This document shows, in pieces, positions 49,753 to 60,798 of a DNA stretch of 64,000 bases. Numbering within the stretch: the first letter of the stretch is position 1; every line of letters begins with the position of its first letter. This DNA is from Anthoceros angustus (taxonomy: Eukaryota; Plantae; Anthocerotophyta). The stretch is from positions 62,001-126,000 of the forward strand of contig VJWM01000282.1 in the NCBI GenBank assembly GCA_010909165.1. The letters run 5' to 3'. The notes under the pieces were generated by a model. It was not told the origin of the DNA and did no database searches. It saw only the letters and a program-made list of their open reading frames with translations. Both the position numbers and the translations under genes were made by a program.

Positions 49753-51330
49753 CGGTCCGCTTCCTCGTCCCAAGGTATCTTTCGGCGAAGTACATCCACT
49801 CGTGTGCACCGTCGAAACCTGACTACCTCGTCCACTAGATGGATTATCAGGTGAGTGGATATATCAAACATTTTTGGAGGGAATTGCTTTTCCAGATCGC
49901 ACATTACCCTCGCTGCCTCCTCTTTCATTGCTTGGATTTCATGGCCCGGTATTGTCCGTTGGCAAATCCACTGTCTGTAACCCTAACACCGCCTTGTACA
50001 CACATCGGGGTCTATGCACCCTCGGAGGACAATAGGGAAGACTACTTCCATCATTATGTGCGTGGCACTTCGACTCAACCTTGCCGCTCGCGATTTTCGC
50101 AGCTATGTTAGATCCGTACCCGTTGGCGACTTTATGCGTTTCATTTCCGCATAATAACCCGTTTGATTCCTCTCGACCAGACATATGCCGGGGCAATGGC
50201 CATCCTCCTCTGAGCCATAACCACCCTTTCCCTCCACTCGCTTCCATGTCCATCCGTGAGGCTATGTCATCTCGGTCTCCACATCGTATGCCAAATGGCT
50301 TGGCGTTGTTTTCTCGGCGTGCATAACGTCCTTTGGTGCCCATTTCAAAGAAACCGCCAAGATGGGAGGTCTACAAACAAGGCCGACCTTCTCGGGTTCC
50401 AAACCGGCCTCGATGCGCAGTCCGTCCGGGTCGCGTTCACTCGGTGCCATATCTTGATGACATCGACGAAGATGGCGGCGGGCGGTGGGGGCGATACTGC
50501 CACTCCATTGTACCAGCCCGTCACCGTCCCGTCGCGGAAGCCACCTCCTAAAACCAGCATATATTTCTTTCTTCAAGTCCAAGAATACCGTGAATCCAAG
50601 TCCTCCCAATCAACACATGCACGGGCCCCTCACTTGCAATCCTCGGTCCCAAGGCTGGTAATCGCTATGATGCAAAATCGCTGCTCGTAGTTTGAAATGC
50701 CTGTTTGGATGGTCCGCCGGTTTTGAGAAGTCTTCCGTGTCCACGCCTCTCCAAAGGTCCTGCAGGTCCTCTATTAAAGGCGCCATAAAGACATCGAAAT
50801 TCTTGGCGATACTAGGCCCACGCACAATCAACGGCATGATCACATTTGCGTCCTTTGTGCTCGCCCATGGTGGCATATTGTGCACGAACAACAGAACCGG
50901 CCATATGGATGTGTTTGCAGACCTGTGGCCAAATGGATTGAAGCCATCTATGCACAATGCAAACCTCACGTTTAGTTGCTCTTCCCCAAAGCTCTACTCC
51001 ATCAAGAGCTGTCAAGCGGTGTGTCACCATGATGGTCATGTCCCCTCCGGCTCTGTTTCCCACATACCATGTCATCATCTCTTGTATGTGGCATTTGAAA
51101 CATTCGCAGGCGTGCCTTCAACGGAAAATGCCAAAGCACCTTACGCAGTATTTCATCTTCCTCATCAAACCCTTCCCTAAAACCGTGGTGTGTCGCATTA
51201 CGGGCTGCGTGTGGTGCGTACTCTCACATAAAACGGTCCCTCTCACGGTGGATTTTCGTACCTTGGCCCAAACATGTATAAAAGTGCCTTGGCCTCGTAC
51301 ATGTCTTTGGGCGGCAGTTCCGTGGCGTAA
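49753..51330 (-). pseudogene. CACTA transposase (TnpD-like), copy Y
   Basis: FALCIDGFNPFGHRSANTSIWPVLLFVHNMPPW..GP..NFDVFMAPLIEDLQDLWRGV; LEKQFPPKMFDISTHLIIHLVDEV. Confidence 0.92.
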
Positions 51331-53539
51331 TATCGGTGGCAATTAGCCGCAAAGTCCATCATGGCGTCGCGATGTCATACATTGATTGCCAAGACAACAA
51401 TAAGAGTGTGGCGCGCGCTGCTTTCCTTCGAACCATGCCCTTGGGGATGTGGTACAAGGCGTTTCACCGACGCCTCTGGCATCGCTTGCCCTCCCGTTCG
51501 CCCGGGTCGGTTGCCGCCAACAACTCATCCACGTGTACCGGTGGGCAAGTCCTCACCATCCGTCCTCTTCCGAACTAATTATTTGCTATCATTAGCATCG
51601 CTTTGACGGTGCCCTCGGACATATGTGACACCGTGTCCGGCGGGATGCATGGTGCCCACCATACGGTTGCCCATGCCCATCGTCACCCAATTGTGCATGG
51701 GCGGCTGCCATTAACCACAACAATTGAACCATATGGAGCGTGATCGAAGGTCACAATGGTCCGTGCAGCTGCCCTTGCATTACTTGGCGAAGGCAATGAA
51801 CTCGAGACGTGAGCTGGAATACGGCCCGCGGCGCTGCACGCACTCTCGGCAAGGAAACATGTACGGCATGCATCTCGTGGCATTCTCCCGCTGCGTGACA
51901 CATGGATGACGCGGAAGAAGAACTGGCGGGGAGGAAGAACTTCAGGTAAAATGGAAGCGTTTCCGCACTCAAGCGATTCGGAACAAAAAGTAGCGTGCAC
52001 AAGAACAGCTGCTTTCCACCATGGACGGCACGGTGGACTCACCTGACTCTGACCTCGTTGCCTCTGGGAACAGCAGCTCCGAGGATGCGTCGCTGCAGAG
52101 CTAAAGCATCCGCAGCTATGTGTCGACAATGGAAGCCTCCGACAGCACCCTATGGTGTTCTCACCAGAATCAAGCGTTGCGAGACATCACCAGCATGTCT
52201 CGCGCACGCCAAATGCCACCGCCAGACTCCGACCCCGAGCCATCGAGTGGCATGGAACGCGACTTGTGGGTCCGTGTTTGGATTACCGTCGAGCTCCGCA
52301 GAGTGCCGGGAAGGCGAGTTCGTGCACCGAGATGTCTTCCGGATGGACGCCTCGGTCGTCGCCGGCCACCAATTTGCCCTTCGAGCGATGGGATAGAAAG
52401 GGATGACGGTCGGTCGATATCGAGGTTGGGGACAACGGTCGAACGGTCGCTCGTGGGTGACTCCACTTGTGCAACATTCAATGTCATATGTTTGGCGGGC
52501 CACCATTTGACGGTGTCATGCCTTGTGTCAAGAATGCGGTGAAAGGCAAAACATTTCGAGGCGCCACCATCGCTAGTGTGCATAACCTCCTTTATCGCAC
52601 TTTGTCTGGCGAGCGTGGAGCTCATGCTCTCGAAATCTCGGTAGAGCTCCCAAGCGAAAAGCGGACACGCACCCAATGGCTGCAAATCGCGTCCCATGCC
52701 GCCGTCCTCCCTCTCCTGTGTCCATGCCCCTCGTGGATCTTCATCCACAGTGGGCGTGCATCCGATGTGAACCCTCCACATCTGCAGTTCATTCTGTCCA
52801 AAAACAGACGACTTAGTCTGCACAACATCTCCGACTTCGTGCACGGCCTTTGCAAGAATTTCAGTTCAGGTCTCCGGTGTGCCTCTTCTTCCCAGTGGAC
52901 TCCCCCCTCGGCCGCCTGAGGGGTTGCTGCGCCCGCAGCGAGCCTGCGCATTCAACCACACGTCGATTTCCTCTTTCCTTCGCCTCACGGGGACGATGGC
53001 CTCGGACGTCGCCCCTCGCTCCCTTCGTCTTCCCTTTGGACCTCCCCCGTCCTTTCTTTCGCGGCTGCGGATATGAACTCCTTCCTTTCCTAACGGGTCC
53101 ATGTCTCGCGACACACATTCCGCACTCGGTTCCTTTTAGAGCGGTGACCTTACGCTTTTGGGCAAGGTGTGCGGAATTAGTAGCCTTTGTTTAATTCATG
53201 TCCATCCTCACGGCGCTAAGACCAGCCACAATCGGAAGTTGAAGGCAATCATGACCCACGTCACACGGAAATGTCATGGATGCGGTTGGTAGTGTCACCG
53301 ACGGTATGGAGGGGCACCACTCCATACCCCTCCATTCCGCCAACCAGACCTCACAGGTGCCCGTTTCTTTATTTCCAGCCACCAAGTGTCTGATTCGATT
53401 CGGAAAGGACATTCCGGCAAGGCGTTCCCACCACACGCACCTCGACCTCCGAGGTGTACACCTCCCTCCCTCCACCAGCATGTACCTATGAAGAGGATGT
53501 GCCGGGGAGGGGAGGTGCATACAGTCCTTGATGGCACAG

Positions 53540-53610
53540 ACGGAGAGCAACCTTCCGTCCGTCGTCCTTCGGGGCAATGGATCGGAGAGCAACCTTCCGT
53601 CCATCGCCCT
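53540..53610. repeat. 42-bp period direct repeat
   Basis: CGGAGAGCAACCTTCCGTCC occurs twice. Confidence 0.8.
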
Positions 53611-54689
53611 GATGGCCATCGTGTGACGGCTGCCGGTCCAATCCTTCATAGCCATACTCGGTGCCTATCTAGGAGCCCACAACCTCCGCACACACCGCAA
53701 TGTTGGAAGGAAGATAGTTGAGCACGGAAGGAAAAGGCGGCGCATGGGAACCAAAAACTATTGAACGCAATGAGTGAAAAGGGTGAATCCCCGCGACACC
53801 TTGGGCCGGCACAGGTCATGGACGCAGTTCCACACAAACTAACCCGGCACGAGATCCGGCGGGGGGTGGTCGAGACACGAACTCCAAGGCGTTGGGAGGC
53901 TTCCACTTGGCCATTGGAACGGGGTTCCAAAAAGGGCGAGGATACACACAGCCAGCCACGGGTCCTTGGCCATCGAGTTCGTGGAGGTGTCCAAAGTGCA
54001 AGCCGTAGTATGCCCATTCGGAGGAGATACGGGTCACATCTGCCGTGGACACTAGGGACGAGGGCTCGGGCATACCGTGCCTGCCAAGGAGGCGGGGGGG
54101 CGCCGAGAGAGGAACGGGTGGAGACGCGGGTGGGGAGGGGTGGAGGGGAGTGATGTGGGGTTCACGGTAGGCCTCAAAGCTGAGGAGGAGACTTAAGCAA
54201 GAGCTGGAGCTTTTCGACTGCGTCGTGAGTTCGTAGTTAAAGCAAATCTCGGGAGAAGAGCCGATTTCTACATAGCTGCCTCCCGGAACATCGGTTTACG
54301 GTTGGGAGAATCTGCGATATCGGTCCGTTATGCGACAAGCTTGCGAGGCGAGCATTGGGCCGCCCGACAAGCCCGTCGCCATGGCGACCTTTGGCGGTGG
54401 TGTCGCCCGGCGATGGCGTGAGTAGCGGGTTTTCGGAGGTAAGCATAATTAACAAGCAATGCAGCTGCATCGAACAAGCAGGTATAAACCTTGACAATGG
54501 TGCAACGGAGATGGACGGCCCTAGGATCATGGCCACCACCCCAAGTGCAGCTTGTAATGTGGTAGTATGATGACACATATTCATTTCACACCCACGCTAT
54601 CCACGATGCACACCGCGGCCGTTTGCGAGGTGCCTCACAAGTGGCCTTTGCAGGAACGTCTCTCGTGGTCACCGGGATTGTCTTTGGTC

Positions 54690-56168
54690 CATGATGAGTC
54701 AATGCATGTCATGGTCCTTGGATTGGGAAATGCCCATGTCCGCGGTCATTTGTCCTTCATGACATGTACATGCATGACATGGTCCACGGACATCGCATGA
54801 CTTGGGCCATGACATGTATATGCATGTCATGGGCTTGACCATGGCATGCATTTACATGTCATGGCGAACATATATAGTCACGAATATCTCGCTCACACAT
54901 AGCGGCCAAGCACATTTTGGCATTTCGAGGGCCAAGGACAAATGCGACCTCCTGTCATTGCACAAGGATTTATTTGTCCTTGGGCCTCGACATGTGCGTC
55001 ATGGCCCGGTCTTGTCATGTCCTTGGCCCATGACGCGTGCATATACATGTCATGGGCCAAGGACATGATATGACATGTGCATATGCATGTGATGGTCCAA
55101 GGAAACATTTTTCCTTTGACCATGAAATGTATATGCATGTCATTGATGACATTTATATAATAGGCATGGGCCAAGGACATTTATAATTGCCATGGGCCAA
55201 GGACAAATTTGTCCTTGGGCCATGACATGTATATTACAAGGCGTTTCATGGGGCAGGACAACTTTGTCCTTGGCCCATGGCAATGCATGGCATGGTCAAG
55301 ACCAGACATGAACGCCATTTCGTGGGCCAAGGACACATTTGTCCTTGGCCCACTGTAGCATGGTGTGGCCAGACATAAATTTTCATGCCGTGGGCCAAGG
55401 ACAAATTGTCCCCTGCCCAGACATGTAAATTCATGTCATGGGCGAAGGACAAATTTGTCCTTGGCCCACGGAAAGGCGATGCCACATATTGGTGTCTATA
55501 TATGTATAATGAGGTGTTGTAGACTTCATTTGGGAGGACATGCTATTATGAGGACTTAAAACACAAGGAGCGCATGATGAGGTGGCCAAACATGCATGGG
55601 GATGGGCCTAGTTGTCATGGGCCAAGGACAACTTTGAGCTTGGCCCATGACATGTAAATGCATGGCATGGTCTTAACCATGACATGCATATACATGCCAT
55701 GGGCCAAGGACAAAGTTGTGCTTGGCACATGACATGCATATGGATGTCATGGGCCAAGGAAAACTTTGAGCCATGACATGCATGCATGTCGTGCAGAGAC
55801 ATGCATATGCATATATATGACATGACATTTATATACATGCCATGGGCCAAGGACAAAGTTGTCCTTGGCCCATGACATATACATGTCGTCGACATGTATA
55901 TACATGACATGGTCCAATGAAAAATGTTTCCTTGGACCATGTCATATATGCATATCATGTCATCATGTCCGTGGGCCATGACATGTATATGCATGTTATG
56001 GGCCAGGACATGACATGACCATGGGCCATGACATGGACGACTCGAGGCCCAAGGACAAATAGTTCCTTGGGCAATGACAAGCGGTGGCATATGTCCTCGG
56101 CCCTCGAAATGTGAATGTTCTTGGCTCGAAATGTGTGCGAATTTGGTGACTATATATGTCTACGAGTG
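54690..56168. mobile_element. Non-coding fold-back element with a palindrome array (non-autonomous CACTA-like)
   Basis: 54868-54950 is an inverted copy of 56080-56160. The interior has many CATGGGCCAAGGACA..TGTCCTTGGCCCATG hairpins. The right end reads CACT.GTAGAC on the minus strand. Confidence 0.75.
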
Positions 56169-58914
56169 ATAAGTGTGGTCATCGCTGATTAGGTCCCACT
56201 TGTTATAATGAGGAGTTGAGACATAAGGGAAGGCGATGAGGTGGCAAACTTTGAATGGCGCACGGGCGCATGGCGTATCGGCATCGCATCGATGCGGAGA
56301 CATGGCCTATTACTTGCGGCATCACCGCTGTGTTACTTCCACTTGCATCTTTTCAATCGTCACCTTGCGGTTGCAATCTTTTGTCTCGGTTCGCTCCTGC
56401 TCGCTTTCGACTTTCGCGGTTACAAAGATGGTGTGGGACGTGGACTTGAGGATTTGGCCGTCCGCCAAGCGCACTTCAACGCCGTGACACACCCGCCGGT
56501 GAAGATGGCGTTCGCAGATCAAAGGAGGGCGTCCGCCGTCTGAGGCGATGCAATGGCGACTATGGCGGCGGCTGGTGGTGGGCAAGCACGCGAGTGAAAG
56601 GGACCACGTCGCGGCACTGGTCATGTCACGGCTCGGTGGGAAGCAGCGGGAGGTGGAAACGGTGGGTGGACCCATAGAGGCTCCATCCGAGACGGCAGCG
56701 GAGAGGGCGTGGCGGAGGGTGGCAGTGACAACAGACACAGGGAGCGCCACCATGAAGATGGGCAAGTGTCCCTTCCAAGGTTGCGGAGGCGGTGATGGCG
56801 ATGCCCGGCAAGTTGCCCCGCCGAGGGTGGGGATGGGAAGGAAGATGCTTCCACCATCAACCCCCTGGGAGGGAGCGCACCGCTCCTATGGGCGATTCTT
56901 GGCTGCTCCGGAGGGTTTTGGTCCTGAGTGGCGGAGGTGGCCCTTCCGTGGAGCGGTGGGCTGGTCCTCGGATGAGCGAACATCGGTCCCCCGCCCTTGT
57001 GGCATGGATGCCCCAGCAAGTGCGCCCGGGGCCGCCCATCCCTCCCGAGCGGGGACCACTTGCCTATGCCGACGGCAATGCGAGCGAGGTGCACGCGAGC
57101 CAAGGGAGGAAGGGCATGCTCCGACCTCCACCGTGAAACAAGGATGTGGGAGATGAGGACAGGGTTGAGGGCAAGCCGGCCGGAGGCCGAGGCACTCGAG
57201 GCGGATGGAAATGGCGAGGACAATTGCGAGGATGAGGCCGAGGTGGGTGACATGGAAGAACGGGTGGCAGGGCGACGTCCCACCACAACTCCGGCGAGAT
57301 AGGAGAACTCACCACAGCGGGCGGTAAGCAACTCGGCAGCGTCATTCTTTGTGTGTCCAGCTCCACAGGCGGGAGGAGTGTTTATGGTCGGCCGCTGTGC
57401 GATGGAGGTTGGGTCGAAAATGAGGATCAGGTGATGCGGTGGAGGATGAAGAAGGATGAGGAGGGCCTTCCATCCGTGTCTTGGAGCTAGTGTGTGCGAA
57501 GATGGCGTTGATGGTGTGGACAAGCCATGACGAGTCCGAGGGAGGTGAGTATGGTAGAGATTGAGTTTCCGTGTCGAGGATGAGATTGTGGCGAGGTTTG
57601 CGGGTGCATCACGGACAAGGAACCAGCGTAGGAAGAAGGTGAGGCAAGCTGCATTGATATGGAGGGAGAAGGGTAAGGATGCGGCTCCAATCATCGGGAC
57701 CAACCTTTGGCACTAGGCGAAGATTTTGAAGAAGTTGGGTACAGCGGTGGGGAGGGCGCAAGCGGTGGGGAGGCTGCGGTGAGCGTGAGGGCGGGCTTGG
57801 AGAACATGCGGAGTATTGGAGAGGTAAGGGAAAAGGCATGGCGGTGGGTGAGAGGGCAAGTGGGCGAGGCAACGCTTGTCGTGATGTGATCACTGGAGTG
57901 GCATGTGCGGGATGCTTGGAGGCAGGGAATGCAAGAGGAAGCAATGGGAGGCGAGGGACATGCAAAGGCGTTGAAGAGGGTGGGGGGACAACGAGGGAGA
58001 GGGAGGAAGGCTTGCTGGTGGGCAGGAAGAAGGGGGACAACAAGTGGAAGTGGTGGCACCGACACGGAGGATCACACGGGCGTGTCGAAAAGTGTAAGTG
58101 CAAATGTGTAACATGTCATGCAAATGGCGATGCAATGGGCGAAATCGGCTTTGCTTTGTTGCAGCCCATGGTGGTCGTAAAGAAGGAAGCGTGGAAGGAT
58201 GTGTGGGAAAGCCTTGAGCAGGCGTGAGCAAGGAAGAGAAAGCGGGCACCAAGCATGACACCAACAAGCAAAGGAAGAAAGCGGGTTCTACACGGAAGAA
58301 GAAGAAGAATCCTCCACGAGGACAACCAATGAGTGTAGGGTGTCGCAAGAAGCCTAAGTAGCATAGGATTTAGTTTTATGTAGGAAGAAAGTGAGGGCTT
58401 CGAGTTAGCGCCATCTAGATGAATGTGTGGTTCGAGCGTGGTGATGTGAAGGCGAAAGGGAGAAGCTTGTGGCTGCCCGAATCGATGACTCAAGAATGTA
58501 GACAATTGTGACATTCGCTTTTGTGACACAAGCGAAATTCTAGGTGTGGGTTGAAATCGATTGCTAGGTTTCTTGCATGTGTGAAAAAACGACCAGGCGG
58601 GTTGGGGAAAGCGTCACGCCATTGCTCATGGGTACCGGACAAAAGCATGGGATTAGTCCTCATGTACCACCCTTTCCCAATTTCGTGACATCAAGGTATG
58701 TATGTATAAAGGAACCTAGTTGTCCATGCACTGCGTTGGTGGAGTGGAGGCAGATGGTGACGAACAAGCGGTCGTGTTCGAAGCCGCTTAAGTCAAACGA
58801 TTTTGCAAGCAAGAACAAGAGAATAGAGGCGATTGCAATGCGGATAGCCGGCCAGATGAGATATACATGTCTGGAAATAAAAATTAATCCGGTGTTCATG
58901 TACAAATACCTACC

Positions 58915-59092
58915 TACAAGTAGGTATGCGTATGAAGGTAAATCCGTATCTACAAGTAGGTACTATGCGTATGAAGGTAATGTGTATTCTATCTCTACCG
59001 ATATCGAAAAAGCCATAAACAATAGTATACAAGCCAATAATAGCTATGGTAAGCCATAAACAATTAGTATACAAGCCAATAATAGCTATGGT
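58915..59092. repeat. Two short tandem duplications near the right CCCTA end
   Basis: TACAAGTAGGTA..TGCGTATGAAGGTAA x2 and AAGCCATAAACAAT(T)AGTATACAAGCCAATAATAGCTATGGT x2. Confidence 0.88.
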
Positions 59093-59540
59093 AGGGAAAA
59101 AGGTTGATATAGGAATTATGGTCATCGGTGGTAGAGGAAGGAGACAATTAATGAGAGACAATTAATGAGCATGTTATGTGATATCCGGTTTGGGCGCCAT
59201 TAACAATAGTTGTGAAGAGAGTGCAATGAAGAGCAATAGGAAAAACATTAACTAATTGTACTTCCAATGGGGTGTAATAAAGAGGGGATAGAGAGAGAGA
59301 GGGTCCTTATTACGTCATGTTGCATTTGCATGAGGGAATTCATAAACAATGCGTATGAGAGAGGGGATGTAGTTAAGAGGGTGAAGTGGTAGGAGAGAGA
59401 GCAAGGTTCGTGTTAAGATTGTAGGCCCAATGCGGAAAGAAATGACAAACTTAATACCAAGCCTCCAAATGATGTTGCAAGTTACAAGTGTAACATAAAA
59501 ATTGCAACAAGTAACATAGAGGCCATTTCTAGTAGGGTGA

Positions 59541-60314
59541 GATGGCCTGCTCCAAGTTGGTTTACCTTTGGCATTACATCCTTTCGTATAAGAACTCTGT
59601 TTTTAGTTTTACCACCATCTGAAATGGATGTCAGCACCTTTGCTCCTCTTGCGGAGGCCCCAATCACATCGTGAGGCGATGCAGGGTGCTAGTCCACAGC
59701 CACGCCTTGTCTGCTGCGTATGGAAGCAAGCCGAAACAAAGGTCAGTAGCTTGCGGGTAAGTGGGTAAGGGCCACAGCTGCGTCCAACTCCGGTGAGACG
59801 AGGTTCAGAGTTGAGCCCGATTGTGCCAGCGAAGACGAAGGTCCAACCTTCGCCTTCTTTAAGCCTCATGGAAAAACAGTTCTCACAGGATAGCACTTTG
59901 CGGGTAAGAATATTCTTAGCTTCATAAGTCTGCAACAGTTGAATCCAGATCTCATTCGAATTTTGCAGATAAGCTATATCAGGCAGGAGAACTTCTTCCA
60001 GGCCGCTAATCAAAACTGCATGAGCGACATGATTCAGGTTCTCCCATTTTTCGATTTCATCCGCTGGAGCTGTTAAGGCTGGTTTAGGAAATGTGCCACT
60101 AACAACTCCCCACACGTGCCGGGCTTGCAGGGCAGCTGTCATGCGCACACGCCATCCATGGAACTTGGAGCCATTAAACCTGTCACGCTCTTTAAATTCC
60201 ATTGAGTAGGATGGCTGAGGTATAACAGGCACTGGAGGAAGGGGAGGTGAATTATCCTCCTACACCACCTCCTCCTGCACCTCCTCCACCCCCACCTCCT
60301 CCTCCTTTAGCCAT
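59541..60314 (-). pseudogene. Copia B gag N-terminal part
   Basis: RFNGSKFHGWRVRMTAALQARHVWGVVSG..W..AHAVLISGL..EIWIQL, typical Copia gag. ATG at 60314 is followed by a Gly run. Joins 35506 in frame after CCCTA removal. Confidence 0.9.
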
Positions 60315-60798
60315 TCTAACTTACTTTGATGAGATTATCAGGTGCTCACGGGTGATCAAGCCGATTGCACAAGGTACTCTTCTCGAAGTAGGTTGAAATC
60401 TTGAGGGAAAGGCGATGGGTAGCAGAAAATAAGGAACAAAGAAAGGTCGGAGAAGAGGTAAGGGCCGAAAGTCAGATGCCCCCAGACACCATGATTTGTG
60501 TCGGTTGGCGGTTAAGTGCTGACGTGGGGTGGGTGTACACGTCGTTTTGTGGTCGGCGTCCTAGTGACGCTTCTTGCACGGGCGTACACCTCAATGCGAG
60601 GCGCCTCATGCCGGGGAGGCGCAGCGACACAAGCAGCGCGCCCTCCTCCCACTTGGCCACGGCAGCTTGAGATCTAGGCTTGTCATGAAAGGGAGGCCAT
60701 CTTTGAAGCAACTCTGGCGGAAGGATGGGCTCAAAATTCAATGCCGCTATTCGGGTCACCAACTGCGTGAGCTCTCAACATCCTCATTTAATGATGTC

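Larger units (their letters stand above)
35510..59537. mobile_element. CACTA/CMC-superfamily DNA transposon with CCCTA termini (24 kb including nested inserts)
   Basis: Left end CCCTACTAGAAAGGCCGCCTATGTTAC. Right end (reverse complement) CCCTACTAGAAATGGCCTCTATGTTAC. 3-bp TSD TGA (35507-35509, 59538-59540). TTGTT(A/G)CA-type subterminal repeats at both ends. Internal TnpD-type transposase. Removing it restores the gag frame GKPTWSRPS-HSASTKR. Confidence 0.9.

Noticed and set aside
54690-56168. CRISPR-like palindromic repeats
   Set aside because: Irregular spacing, non-unique linkers, mixed orientation and outer inverted arms fit a transposon derivative.
56621-57703. 360-aa ORF as a host gene
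   Set aside because: Low-complexity, GC-rich, with several overlapping long ORFs on both strands and no recognisable domain. It cannot be supported as a discrete gene.
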